The notes beneath the pieces are model-generated. The model saw nothing but the letters and a program-made list of their open reading frames with translations, had not been told where the DNA came from and ran no database searches. Positions 23,843 to 30,771 of a stretch of DNA of 32,000 nt are shown piece by piece (position 1 is the stretch's first letter; every line of letters starts with the position of its first letter). Source of the DNA: Halomicrobium mukohataei DSM 12286 (lineage in GTDB: Archaea; Halobacteriota; Halobacteria; Halobacteriales; Haloarculaceae); the NCBI RefSeq assembly GCF_000023965.1, contig NC_013202.1:2760001-2792000 (forward strand), given 5' to 3'. Position numbers and translations under genes: made by a program.

Positions 23843-25108
23843 TCACAGGTACTCCCCCATCGTCGACTGGTCGTCCGGGTCCGCCGACCCCGTCTCGCCA
23901 GCGGCGTCAGCTGTCTCGTCCGTCGCGGAACTTCGGTCGTCGGTCGGCGCGTGGCCGCCGTCGGCTTCGGTCTCCGGGTGCGCGCTCTCGGCGTCGGCAC
24001 CGTCGAAGGCAGCCAGATCGCCCGCTTCGACGAGGTCGGCGACGCGCTCTTCGACGGTGTCGGCGACGTTCGAGTCGGGGACCTTCGAGGCGCGAATCGT
24101 CTCGTCGATGTCTCGGGCTGCCTCACTCAGACCGAGTTCTCGCACGCGCTCGTGGACGGCCTCGTCTGGGTCGGCGAAGCTCACCGCCACCTCGCGTTCG
24201 TCGGCGAACTCCCGGTGGTCGGTGACGCGCGCGACCAGCGCCCCCTGATCGAGTGCGAACTCCTCGATGCCGGCCGGCGTGATCGGCTCGCCCTCGCCGT
24301 CGACGTGAACGATCACGACCGCGTCGCTCAGATCGTACTCGCCGACGCGCTCGCGAACGTGTTCGAGCCCTTCGTCGCCGGCCAGTTCGACCTCGACGAA
24401 GACGAACTCGCGGGTGTCGAGTCCCCGGCGCGTGATGGTCACGTCGTCGTCGAACGTGACGATGTTGTACCCCCGGTCGTCGCGCTCGTCCGCACTGGCG
24501 CGCTCGGTCGATCCACAGTAGGTGAGCCACGCCTCGTCGACCTGCTTCGTGCCGGGCGCGTGCTCGTCGCCCAGCAAGAGCGCGTCGAAGTCGACGGTGG
24601 CCTCGTCGACGATCGCCGTGGCGTCCCAGGTGCCGTAGTCGAAGGGCTGGAACTGGCCGTGACTGACCAGCGCGGCGTGGTCGGCCCCGTGGGACGCGAA
24701 CTCGTAGTCGAGCGCGTCGCGCTGTGAGCGCGGGACGTAGTCGAGGCCGTAGAAGGCCGTGTCACCGATCACGCGCGGTTCGTCGTCGAGACGAGTCGCC
24801 AGCCCCAGCGACTCGTAGAGGTCGAGCCACTGGGCGTCGCGCTTTGCCTCGTGGTTACCGACGACGGCCAGAAACGGGATGTCGGCGTCGTCGAGTCGCT
24901 CCAGTACGTCCAGCGTTCCGAGCACGTCCGTGAGCGTCGGTCGCCGGTCGTGAAACAGGTCGCCAGCGTGGACGACGGCGTCGGCCCCCGAACCGATCGC
25001 GTCGTCGACGACCTGTCGGAACGCATTCAGGAAGTCGTCCCGGCGCTCGGGCACGTGGTACTGCTGGTACCCGATGTGGGTGTCGCCGGTGTGTATGACC
25101 CGCGTCAT
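23843..25108 (-). CDS. mre11: DNA double-strand break repair nuclease Mre11
   Basis: Calcineurin-like phosphoesterase motifs: MTRVIHTGDTHIGY, VVHAGDLFHD, AVVGNHE, LVSHGQ, LLGDEH. The C-terminus is an acidic tail. It lies immediately upstream of rad50. Confidence 0.95.
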   Translation of the reverse strand: MTRVIHTGDTHIGYQQYHVPERRDDFLNAFRQVVDDAIGSGADAVVHAGDLFHDRRPTLTDVLGTLDVLERLDDADIPFLAVVGNHEAKRDAQWLDLYESLGLATRLDDEPRVIGDTAFYGLDYVPRSQRDALDYEFASHGADHAALVSHGQFQPFDYGTWDATAIVDEATVDFDALLLGDEHAPGTKQVDEAWLTYCGSTERASADERDDRGYNIVTFDDDVTITRRGLDTREFVFVEVELAGDEGLEHVRERVGEYDLSDAVVIVHVDGEGEPITPAGIEEFALDQGALVARVTDHREFADEREVAVSFADPDEAVHERVRELGLSEAARDIDETIRASKVPDSNVADTVEERVADLVEAGDLAAFDGADAESAHPETEADGGHAPTDDRSSATDETADAAGETGSADPDDQSTMGEYL

Positions 25109-25458
25109 CTGCTCTCGACTTTGGCACCGTCGCCTAAAGAGGTTCCGCGACCGGGGTGAAACTGATCGCCCGACGCAGCGGCCCGATACCGCCGATATGC
25201 GGTCAGCGTCTCGCGTCCGCGCTGGCTGGCGGCGCTGACAGACTCCTCGGCCGCCTCGACGGCTCGTTCGAGGTCCGTCAGTCCGCCCTCGTCGACGAAG
25301 GCCGCGGCCGCCGCCAGATCGTCGAGTGCGTCGGTCGCCCGTTCGATCGTCTCCCTGTGCTCGGCCTGGAGGGCGGTCGGCGTCGCGTCCGAGCGGTCGG
25401 TCTCGTCGGTGTCCGCGAGCGCACGCAGCCGCGCCTTGACTGTCGCTTCGTCGGTCAC
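25105..25458 (-). CDS. Small acidic, predicted all-helical protein (about 117 aa), translationally coupled to mre11; function unknown
   Basis: Its TGA stop (25107-25105) overlaps the mre11 ATG (25108-25106) as ATGA. The sequence is VTDEATVKARLRALADTDETDRSDATPTALQAEHRETIERATDALDDLAAAAAFVDEGGLTDLERAVEAAEESVSAASQRGRETLTAYRRYRAAA... The start is GTG 25458 or TTG 25485. The upstream part of ORF 25105..25722 overlaps the wHTH gene in another frame. Confidence 0.6.
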   Translation of the reverse strand: MTDEATVKARLRALADTDETDRSDATPTALQAEHRETIERATDALDDLAAAAAFVDEGGLTDLERAVEAAEESVSAASQRGRETLTAYRRYRAAASGDQFHPGRGTSLGDGAKVESR

Positions 25459-25499
25459 GAGGCGGGCTGTGGCGCGTTCACACAAAAGGCTGTGGCCCG

Positions 25500-25778
25500 T
25501 TACTGCTCGACGGTCAGGGTGTAGATGCGCTTTCGCGCGTCCGCGAAGGAGAACCGTGAATCGACGGCCCCCGCCTCTTCGAGGCGGTTGAGCGCGTAGC
25601 GGACGGTCCGTGCGGGCAACAGCGTCTCCTCGGAGAGCTGGCTCTGCGTGAGCGTTCCGTTGTACTCCAGGACCTTCGCGACGAGTTTGGCACTCGGTGG
25701 GAGTTCGCGGACCGCGTCCCACTCGACGGTCGTCGGCTCCGATGCACCACCGGGTCGATCGAGTTCTGACGTGCTCAT
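25500..25778 (-). CDS. Small winged-helix (MarR/ArsR-like) DNA-binding protein (92 aa)
   Basis: MSTSELDRPGG...LPPSAKLVAKVLEYNGTLTQSQLSEETLLPARTVRYALNRLEEAGAVDSRFSFADARKRIYTL. This is a classic wHTH layout. It is the first gene of the same-strand series wHTH, small protein, mre11, rad50. Confidence 0.8.
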   Translation of the reverse strand: MSTSELDRPGGASEPTTVEWDAVRELPPSAKLVAKVLEYNGTLTQSQLSEETLLPARTVRYALNRLEEAGAVDSRFSFADARKRIYTLTVEQ

Positions 25779-25792
25779 GCTACTCCACCGTT

Positions 25793-25817
25793 GGAAATAC
25801 AGAGTGATAATATTTCC
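25793..25817. promoter_or_regulatory. Inverted repeat GGAAATA-N11-TATTTCC bracketing the TATA-like element of the wHTH/mre11 operon (candidate operator)
   Basis: Perfect 7-bp arms at 25793-25799 and 25811-25817. The spacer plus right arm contain GATAATATTT (25806-25815), about 32 nt upstream of ATG 25778. It lies within an AT-rich island of about 55 bp (25793-25847). Confidence 0.45.
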
Positions 25818-25940
25818 TGTTCTATTTTATAATCTATAGTAATCAGGCGGTGGCGAAGGGGGAAACACCTGAGACGCCAGATATTCGGCGCGAGACGGTC
25901 CAGAAACGGTGGGGTCAGAACCTGACCCGACCCGAAGCCT

Positions 25941-25948
25941 CATAATGG
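25941..25948 (+). promoter_or_regulatory. TATA-box-like element for a leaderless PAN transcript
   Basis: CATAATGG centred about 26 nt upstream of ATG 25970. Confidence 0.4.
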
Positions 25949-25969
25949 CTGACCCGCTAGCGAGTGGTA

Positions 25970-27184
25970 ATGACCGACACCGTCGACGAGGTCGATCTAC
26001 CGTACGACGACGACGCGTCCCAGCAGGAGAAAATCGAGGCGTTACAGGAGCGTCTGGAAGTACTGGAGGATCAAAACGAGGAGATGCGCGACAAGCTGCT
26101 GGACGCCAACGCCGAGAACAACAAGTACCAGCAGAAGCTCGAACGGCTCACTCACGAGAACAAGAAGCTCAAGCAGTCGCCGCTGTTCGTCGCCACCGTC
26201 CAGGAGCTGACCGACGAGGGCGTCGTCATCAAGCAACACGGCAACAACCAGGAGGCCCTGACCGAGGTCACCGACGAGATGCGCGACGGTCTCGAACCGG
26301 ACTCCCGTGTCGCCGTCAACAACTCCCTGTCGATCGTCAAGCGCCTCGACGACGAGACCGACGTGCGGGCTCGCGTGATGCAGGTCGACCAGAGCCCCGA
26401 GGTGACCTACGCAGACATCGGCGGGATCGAAGAGCAGATGGAGGAAGTCCGCGAGACGGTCGAACTTCCGCTCAAGTCCCCCGAGATGTTCGAGGACGTG
26501 GGGATCGATCCGCCCTCCGGCGTGCTCCTGCACGGCCCGCCCGGCACCGGGAAGACGATGCTGGCGAAGGCCGTCGCCAACCAGACCGACGCCACGTTCA
26601 TCAAGATGGCCGGCTCCGAACTGGTCCACAAGTTCATCGGCGAGGGGTCGAAGCTGGTGCGGGACCTGTTCGAACTGGCCCGCAACGAGGAGCCCGCCGT
26701 CGTCTTCATCGACGAGATCGACGCCATCGCTGCCAAGCGGACGGACTCGAAGACCTCCGGCGACGCCGAGGTCCAGCGGACGATGATGCAGCTGCTCAGC
26801 GAGATGGACGGCTTCGACGAGCGCGGCGAGATCCGCCTCATCGCCGCGACCAACCGCTTCGACATGCTCGATCGGGCGATCCTCCGGCCCGGCCGCTTCG
26901 ATCGGCTCATCGAAGTCCCCAAGCCCGACTACGAGGGTCGCAAACAGATCTTCCAGATCCACACCCGCGGCATGAACGTCGCCGACGACGTGGACTTCGA
27001 GCGACTCGCCGGTGACATCGACGAGGCGTCGGGTGCCGACGTGAAGGCGATCTGTACGGAAGCGGGGATGTTCGCCATCCGTGACGATCGCACCGAAGTC
27101 CGGATGCAGGACTTCACCGACGCCTGGGAGAAAATCGAGTCCGAAGAGAGCGACGCCCAGGACGTGTCGCCGACGTACGCCTGA
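25970..27184 (+). CDS. pan: Proteasome-activating nucleotidase (PAN, AAA+ ATPase)
   Basis: N-terminal coiled coil (EKIEALQERLEVLEDQNEEMRDKLLDANAENNKYQQKLERL). OB domain. Walker A GPPGTGKT, Walker B VVFIDEIDA, second region of homology ATNRFDMLDRAILRPGRFDR. The C-terminus ...SPTYA has a penultimate Tyr (HbYX-type). ATG 25970 is preferred to the GTG at 25964. Confidence 0.95.
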   Translation: MTDTVDEVDLPYDDDASQQEKIEALQERLEVLEDQNEEMRDKLLDANAENNKYQQKLERLTHENKKLKQSPLFVATVQELTDEGVVIKQHGNNQEALTEVTDEMRDGLEPDSRVAVNNSLSIVKRLDDETDVRARVMQVDQSPEVTYADIGGIEEQMEEVRETVELPLKSPEMFEDVGIDPPSGVLLHGPPGTGKTMLAKAVANQTDATFIKMAGSELVHKFIGEGSKLVRDLFELARNEEPAVVFIDEIDAIAAKRTDSKTSGDAEVQRTMMQLLSEMDGFDERGEIRLIAATNRFDMLDRAILRPGRFDRLIEVPKPDYEGRKQIFQIHTRGMNVADDVDFERLAGDIDEASGADVKAICTEAGMFAIRDDRTEVRMQDFTDAWEKIESEESDAQDVSPTYA

Positions 27185-27244
27185 TACAGCCGGCCGTATG
27201 AGTTCCGGCAGAAGATCTTTTTTCTCCGACGACGAACCCCGACC

Positions 27245-27373
27245 ATGGATTCACTCGACCGCTTCGAGGAGCCGCCATGGCTGGCGGCCGTCGCGACGAC
27301 GATCAGCTACGGCCTCGTCTTGCTCGTGCTCTTTGTCTTGCTGTTCGTCGTTCCGTTCCTGCTGGTCTCCTAG
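27245..27373 (+). CDS. Putative 42-aa single-pass membrane micro-protein (below the ORF-track size cutoff)
   Basis: My own translation is ATG 27245 ... TAG 27371-27373: MDSLDRFEEPPWLAAVATTISYGLVLLVLFVLLFVVPFLLVS. It has an acidic N-terminus, one TM helix and mostly G/C-ending codons. It fills the PAN/SIMPL gap. Confidence 0.4.
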   Translation: MDSLDRFEEPPWLAAVATTISYGLVLLVLFVLLFVVPFLLVS

Positions 27374-28176
27374 CGCGACTCGGCCTCGTAGGTGATCGTC
27401 ACGGACACCTCGACGCTGACCGGACCGCCGTCGATCGTCGTCTCGGAGCGGCTGTCGGCCGACTCGAAACTCGCTGTGGAACCGAAAAAGGGCTCGCCGG
27501 CCGAGACGGAGTCGACACCCGTGATCGTCAGTGACTCGGCCCCAGCGAGGGTCTGGGCCTGGGTCCGTGCACTCTCTGCCGCCCTCCCGAGCGCCGTCTG
27601 GCGGAGTTCGCTCCGGTTCTCGCTCGTGAGGCGGAACTCGACGCCCCGGACGGACGTGGCACCGTTCTGGACGGCGATGTCGACCAGTTCACCGGCGCGG
27701 TTCGTGTCGTTCGCCCGGATCTCGAAGCCCTGGCTGGCCCTGTAGGTTACGTCCTCGGCCCCTGGGTCTGGTGATCCCTGCGTGGGCGTTTCGAACCCCG
27801 GACGGACCGCCTCCAGAGAGTAGTCCGTGGTGGTGCGGTCGTCCGCCGCGACACCGGCCTCGGAGAGAGCCGACCGCAGCTGTGACGTGTTGGCTGCCAG
27901 CTGCTCCGTGGCCGCCGCGGGGCTGTCGGCGGTCACGACGGATGCGACGCGTACGACGACGACATCTGGTTGGGCACTGGCCTGACCCGTCGCCGAGACC
28001 GTGATGGTCGTCGGCTCCGACGCCGAATCCGTCGGTGTCTCGGTCGCTGTCGGTGTCTCGGTCGCTGTCGGGTCGTTACCTGCCTGTGCACCCACTGCAC
28101 CGGGCAAAACACCCGCGACGGCGACGACGGTGAGAGTCGCCAGACCGACGGCGAGCACCGCGCGCTGTGTACTCAT
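27370..28176 (-). CDS. SIMPL-domain (DUF541) secreted or lipid-anchored protein
   Basis: Signal/anchor MSTQRAVLAVGLATLTVVAVAGVLPGAVGA. Thr/Pro-rich linker (PTATETPTATETPT). Body with SIMPL-like blocks (ITVSATGQASAQPDVVVVRVASV..., GVEFRLTSENRSELRQTALGRAAESARTQAQTLA, VSVEVSVTITYE). Confidence 0.8.
   Translation of the reverse strand: MSTQRAVLAVGLATLTVVAVAGVLPGAVGAQAGNDPTATETPTATETPTDSASEPTTITVSATGQASAQPDVVVVRVASVVTADSPAAATEQLAANTSQLRSALSEAGVAADDRTTTDYSLEAVRPGFETPTQGSPDPGAEDVTYRASQGFEIRANDTNRAGELVDIAVQNGATSVRGVEFRLTSENRSELRQTALGRAAESARTQAQTLAGAESLTITGVDSVSAGEPFFGSTASFESADSRSETTIDGGPVSVEVSVTITYEAESR
28031..28071. repeat. In-frame 18-bp tandem repeat (2.3 copies) in the SIMPL gene linker
   Basis: GTCGGTGTCTCGGTCGCT at 28031-28048 and 28049-28066, plus a partial copy. 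It encodes (PTATET)n on the minus strand. Confidence 0.9.
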
Positions 28177-28201
28177 GTCGGGTGACTGGCGCTCCCCGGT
28201 C

Positions 28202-28211
28202 TTTGTTATAG
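28202..28211 (-). promoter_or_regulatory. TATA-box-like element (CTATAACAAA on the minus strand) for the SIMPL gene
   Basis: Centred about 30 nt upstream of ATG 28176. Confidence 0.45.
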
Positions 28212-28281
28212 GGCGCTCTGTTCGGGTTTTCTGGCATTATTCTACCATCAGTGCCGGTAACAGTGCCTTATCGGCCCCCGA

Positions 28282-28557
28282 TCACATCCCCATGTCGGCG
28301 GCTGCATCCGGCACCGGGAGATCGTGGGGACCGACGCCGAGGAGTTCGGCAGCGTGGTCCAGCGCCATGTCGAAGCCGTAGTAGCGTTCGAGTTCGTCGC
28401 CGTCGGCGGTCGGTCTGACCTTGAGCATGGCGTACCCATCAGTGTTCTGAGCGATCGCGGCCGTCCGCCCGTCGCGATCGTATTCGAGGACGCGCTCGGT
28501 GTCGGTCTCGCGATACCGTGCCGTGATCCCGTCGGCTTCGGCCACGTCGTCTGTCAT
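28282..28557 (-). CDS. Small acidic hypothetical protein (91 aa)
   Basis: Internal ATG at 28557 of ORF 28282..28722: MTDDVAEADGITARYRETDTERVLEYDRDGRTAAIAQNTDGYAMLKVRPTADGDELERYYGFDMALDHAAELLG... The upstream ORF part is Arg/Ser-rich and not protein-like. Confidence 0.6.
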   Translation of the reverse strand: MTDDVAEADGITARYRETDTERVLEYDRDGRTAAIAQNTDGYAMLKVRPTADGDELERYYGFDMALDHAAELLGVGPHDLPVPDAAADMGM

Positions 28558-28648
28558 CGTCGGCTCTAGGGACGAGGGGTAGTCGAAACTGTCGGTCGGT
28601 GCGTGCCAGAACGGAACGCTTGTCAGCCAGAGCGCCGAGCCACTGCCT

Positions 28649-30142
28649 GTGAGCGTTCGCCTCGTCGCTCGTGCCGGCAGCGACGCCAGACAGTGGTTCG
28701 AGCGGCGATTTCGCGTCGACACGCGCGCGCTGGCAGCGCTGCGGGTCGCCCTGGGAACGATACTGCTCCTCGACGTGCTCCTGCGAGCGCGCCACCTCGC
28801 GGCCTTCTACACCGACGCCGGTGTCCTCCCCACGTCGACCCTGCGGAACGTCGTCGGGACGCCCGCTCTGCTGACGATCCACGCTCTCTCGGGGAGTGTC
28901 TGGCTACAGGTCTGTCTCTTCTTCGCGGCCGGTCTCGCGGCGCTGGCGCTGCTGATCGGGTACCGAACGCGACTCGCGACGCTGCTCTCGCTCGTCCTGT
29001 TGCTCTCGCTTCAGATCCGGAACCCGTTCGTGCTCAACGGCGGCGACACGCTCCTGCGGCGGCTGCTGTTCTGGGGCCTGTTCGTGCCGCTGGGTGAGCG
29101 GCTGTCTGTCGACGCGACCGAGGCGACCGATTCGACGCCGCAGACGGCGGTGAGCGGGCTCGCGACCGTCGGACTGCTCGGGCAGGTCGTCGCGGTCTAT
29201 GCCGTCAACGCTGTCGTGAAACTCCGGGGCGACGCGTGGCTCTCCGGACGGGCGCTGGCGCTCGTCTTCGATCTCGATCACTACACCGTCCTCGCGGGCG
29301 ATCTCCTGGCACCCGTCCCGCTGCTCCCGGCGCTGCTGGGCTGGAGTTGGCTGGCCCTCCTGGTGGCGTCGCCGCTGCTCGTCGGCCTCACCGGCAGAGC
29401 CCGCGGGGCGCTCGCCGGGCTGTTCGTCGCGGGCCACGCGGGCATGCTGGTGACGGTCTGGGTCGGCCTCTTTCCGCTGGTCTCGATCGCCGCGCTGCTC
29501 CCCTTCTTCCCGGCGTTCGTCTGGGACCGCGTGTGGGCTGTCGTCCCCGACGGATGGGATCGCTGGAGCGCGTCGCGTCTCGACGGTCACGCCGTCGGGA
29601 CGATCCCGGCGTCAGTTCGGCGCGCACTCGGTGGGCTCCGACGGCCGCTACTGATCCTCGTGCTGGCGGCGATGCTCGTCTCGAACGCCGCCACGCTGGG
29701 GGTGGCTCCGGTCGCCGACGCCGACGTGCCCGAGCAGTCCTGGGACATGTTCGCTCCCGCGCCACCGGGCGTCGACGGGTGGTTCGTCGCACCGGGAACG
29801 ACGACGGCCGGGCGAGAGGTCGACGCGCTCGCGACGGCACCGCTGAGCTGGGAGCGGCCGTCGAAGCTCGAACGCGCGTACCCGAGTACGCGCTGGCGAA
29901 AGTACCTGCTCCGACTCCGGAGCGGAGACACCGAACCGCGCCGGGCAGCGCTCGCGGGCTTCCTCTGTCAGCGCTGGAATCGCACTCACGAGCGGGGGCT
30001 CGAACGGGTCGGCCTCGTGTTCGTCGCCGAGCCGACGCGACCGAACGGGACGGACCCACAGCGCCGAGAGGCGCTGGGGACGTACTCGTGTCGGTCCGCG
30101 ACCGAGAAAGGCAACAGTCGAGTGTCGCCCGTGCCTCGGTGA
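28649..30142 (+). CDS. HTTM-domain (vitamin-K-dependent gamma-carboxylase-like) polytopic membrane protein
   Basis: The N-terminus is typical of HTTM: WFERRFRVDTRALAALRVALGTILLLDVLLRARHLAAFYTDAGVLP...LIGYRTRLATLLSLVLLLSLQIRNPFVLNGGDTLLRRLLFWGLFVP. Further TM helices follow, then a C-terminal soluble region. GTG start at 28649. Confidence 0.8.
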   Translation: MSVRLVARAGSDARQWFERRFRVDTRALAALRVALGTILLLDVLLRARHLAAFYTDAGVLPTSTLRNVVGTPALLTIHALSGSVWLQVCLFFAAGLAALALLIGYRTRLATLLSLVLLLSLQIRNPFVLNGGDTLLRRLLFWGLFVPLGERLSVDATEATDSTPQTAVSGLATVGLLGQVVAVYAVNAVVKLRGDAWLSGRALALVFDLDHYTVLAGDLLAPVPLLPALLGWSWLALLVASPLLVGLTGRARGALAGLFVAGHAGMLVTVWVGLFPLVSIAALLPFFPAFVWDRVWAVVPDGWDRWSASRLDGHAVGTIPASVRRALGGLRRPLLILVLAAMLVSNAATLGVAPVADADVPEQSWDMFAPAPPGVDGWFVAPGTTTAGREVDALATAPLSWERPSKLERAYPSTRWRKYLLRLRSGDTEPRRAALAGFLCQRWNRTHERGLERVGLVFVAEPTRPNGTDPQRREALGTYSCRSATEKGNSRVSPVPR

Positions 30143-30146
30143 GCCC

Positions 30147-30443
30147 ATGACGAAGTGGCTCCAGAGCGGTCGCCGCCGGGACATCTGTATCATCCTCGCT
30201 GGCGAAGACGGACTGAACGGCCAGACGCTCAAGACGCGACTCGAACGACACTACGACGAGCGGATCGACCCAAAGAGCTTCTACGGCGCACTGTCGGCGA
30301 TGGTCGACAGTGGATTTCTGGAGAAAGAGACCGAAGGGATCGCCGACGAGTACTCGCTGACCGAGGCGGGTGCTGCTCGTCTCGACGAACAGTACGCGTG
30401 GATGCGCGAGCAACTGGACAGGACCGAGGGCGGGGACGGCTGA
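30147..30443 (+). CDS. PadR-family winged-helix transcription regulator
   Basis: MTKWLQSGRRRDICIILAGEDGLNGQTLKTRLERHYDERIDPKSFYGALSAMVDSGFLEKETEGIADEYSLTEAGAARL. It has the PadR layout and starts 4 nt after the HTTM stop. Confidence 0.8.
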   Translation: MTKWLQSGRRRDICIILAGEDGLNGQTLKTRLERHYDERIDPKSFYGALSAMVDSGFLEKETEGIADEYSLTEAGAARLDEQYAWMREQLDRTEGGDG

Positions 30444-30485
30444 GCCGTTCGATTTGGAGGGCGACCGAGTCGGTGCGAGAGTGAC

Positions 30486-30494
30486 CCTTAAGTG
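30486..30494 (+). promoter_or_regulatory. TATA-box-like element for a leaderless transcript of the 30517..30771 gene
   Basis: CCTTAAGTG centred about 27 nt upstream of ATG 30517. Confidence 0.5.
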
Positions 30495-30516
30495 CGGTGC
30501 AGCGTATTCCCACAGT

Positions 30517-30771
30517 ATGTTTCCGCCCCGTTCCGCCCTCTACGCGAGTCTCGACGCGCTCCCGTTTGCCGCCCTCGGGACGCTCGCAGTGTTCGTGTTC
30601 GGTACCGCTGGCGGTCTGTCGTCCGAAGCAGTCGGCGCGACCGCCGCGCTCGTCGGCGCTGCGCTCCTCCTCGGTCTGGGGACGATCAGCGCCAACCGAC
30701 ACCAGACAGAGGGGAAGCCGTTCTACTTCACGCGGGCCGTCGTCGTCGAGGGACTGCTCTCGTTCCCTTAG
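30517..30771 (+). CDS. Small hypothetical membrane protein (84 aa, two TM helices)
   Basis: Internal ATG at 30517: MFPPRSALYASLDALPFAALGTLAVFVFGTAGGLSSEAVGATAALVGAALLLGLGTISANR... Well-placed TATA-like element. Its stop overlaps the convergent acyl-CoA dehydrogenase stop. Confidence 0.55.
   Translation: MFPPRSALYASLDALPFAALGTLAVFVFGTAGGLSSEAVGATAALVGAALLLGLGTISANRHQTEGKPFYFTRAVVVEGLLSFP

Noticed and set aside
21136-25108. Rad50/Mre11 as an SMC/SbcCD-like component of an anti-phage defence system
   Set aside because: The architecture is canonical (zinc hook CPECGQ, full-length coiled coil, Mre11 phosphoesterase motifs). The neighbourhood is housekeeping (PAN, PolB), with no mobile-element or defence genes. 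It is best explained as the chromosomal DSB-repair complex.
25793-25847. AT-rich island as a possible replication origin
   Set aside because: It is only about 55 bp, has no ORB-type repeats and has no orc1/cdc6 gene nearby. Its position between two divergent genes fits a promoter region.
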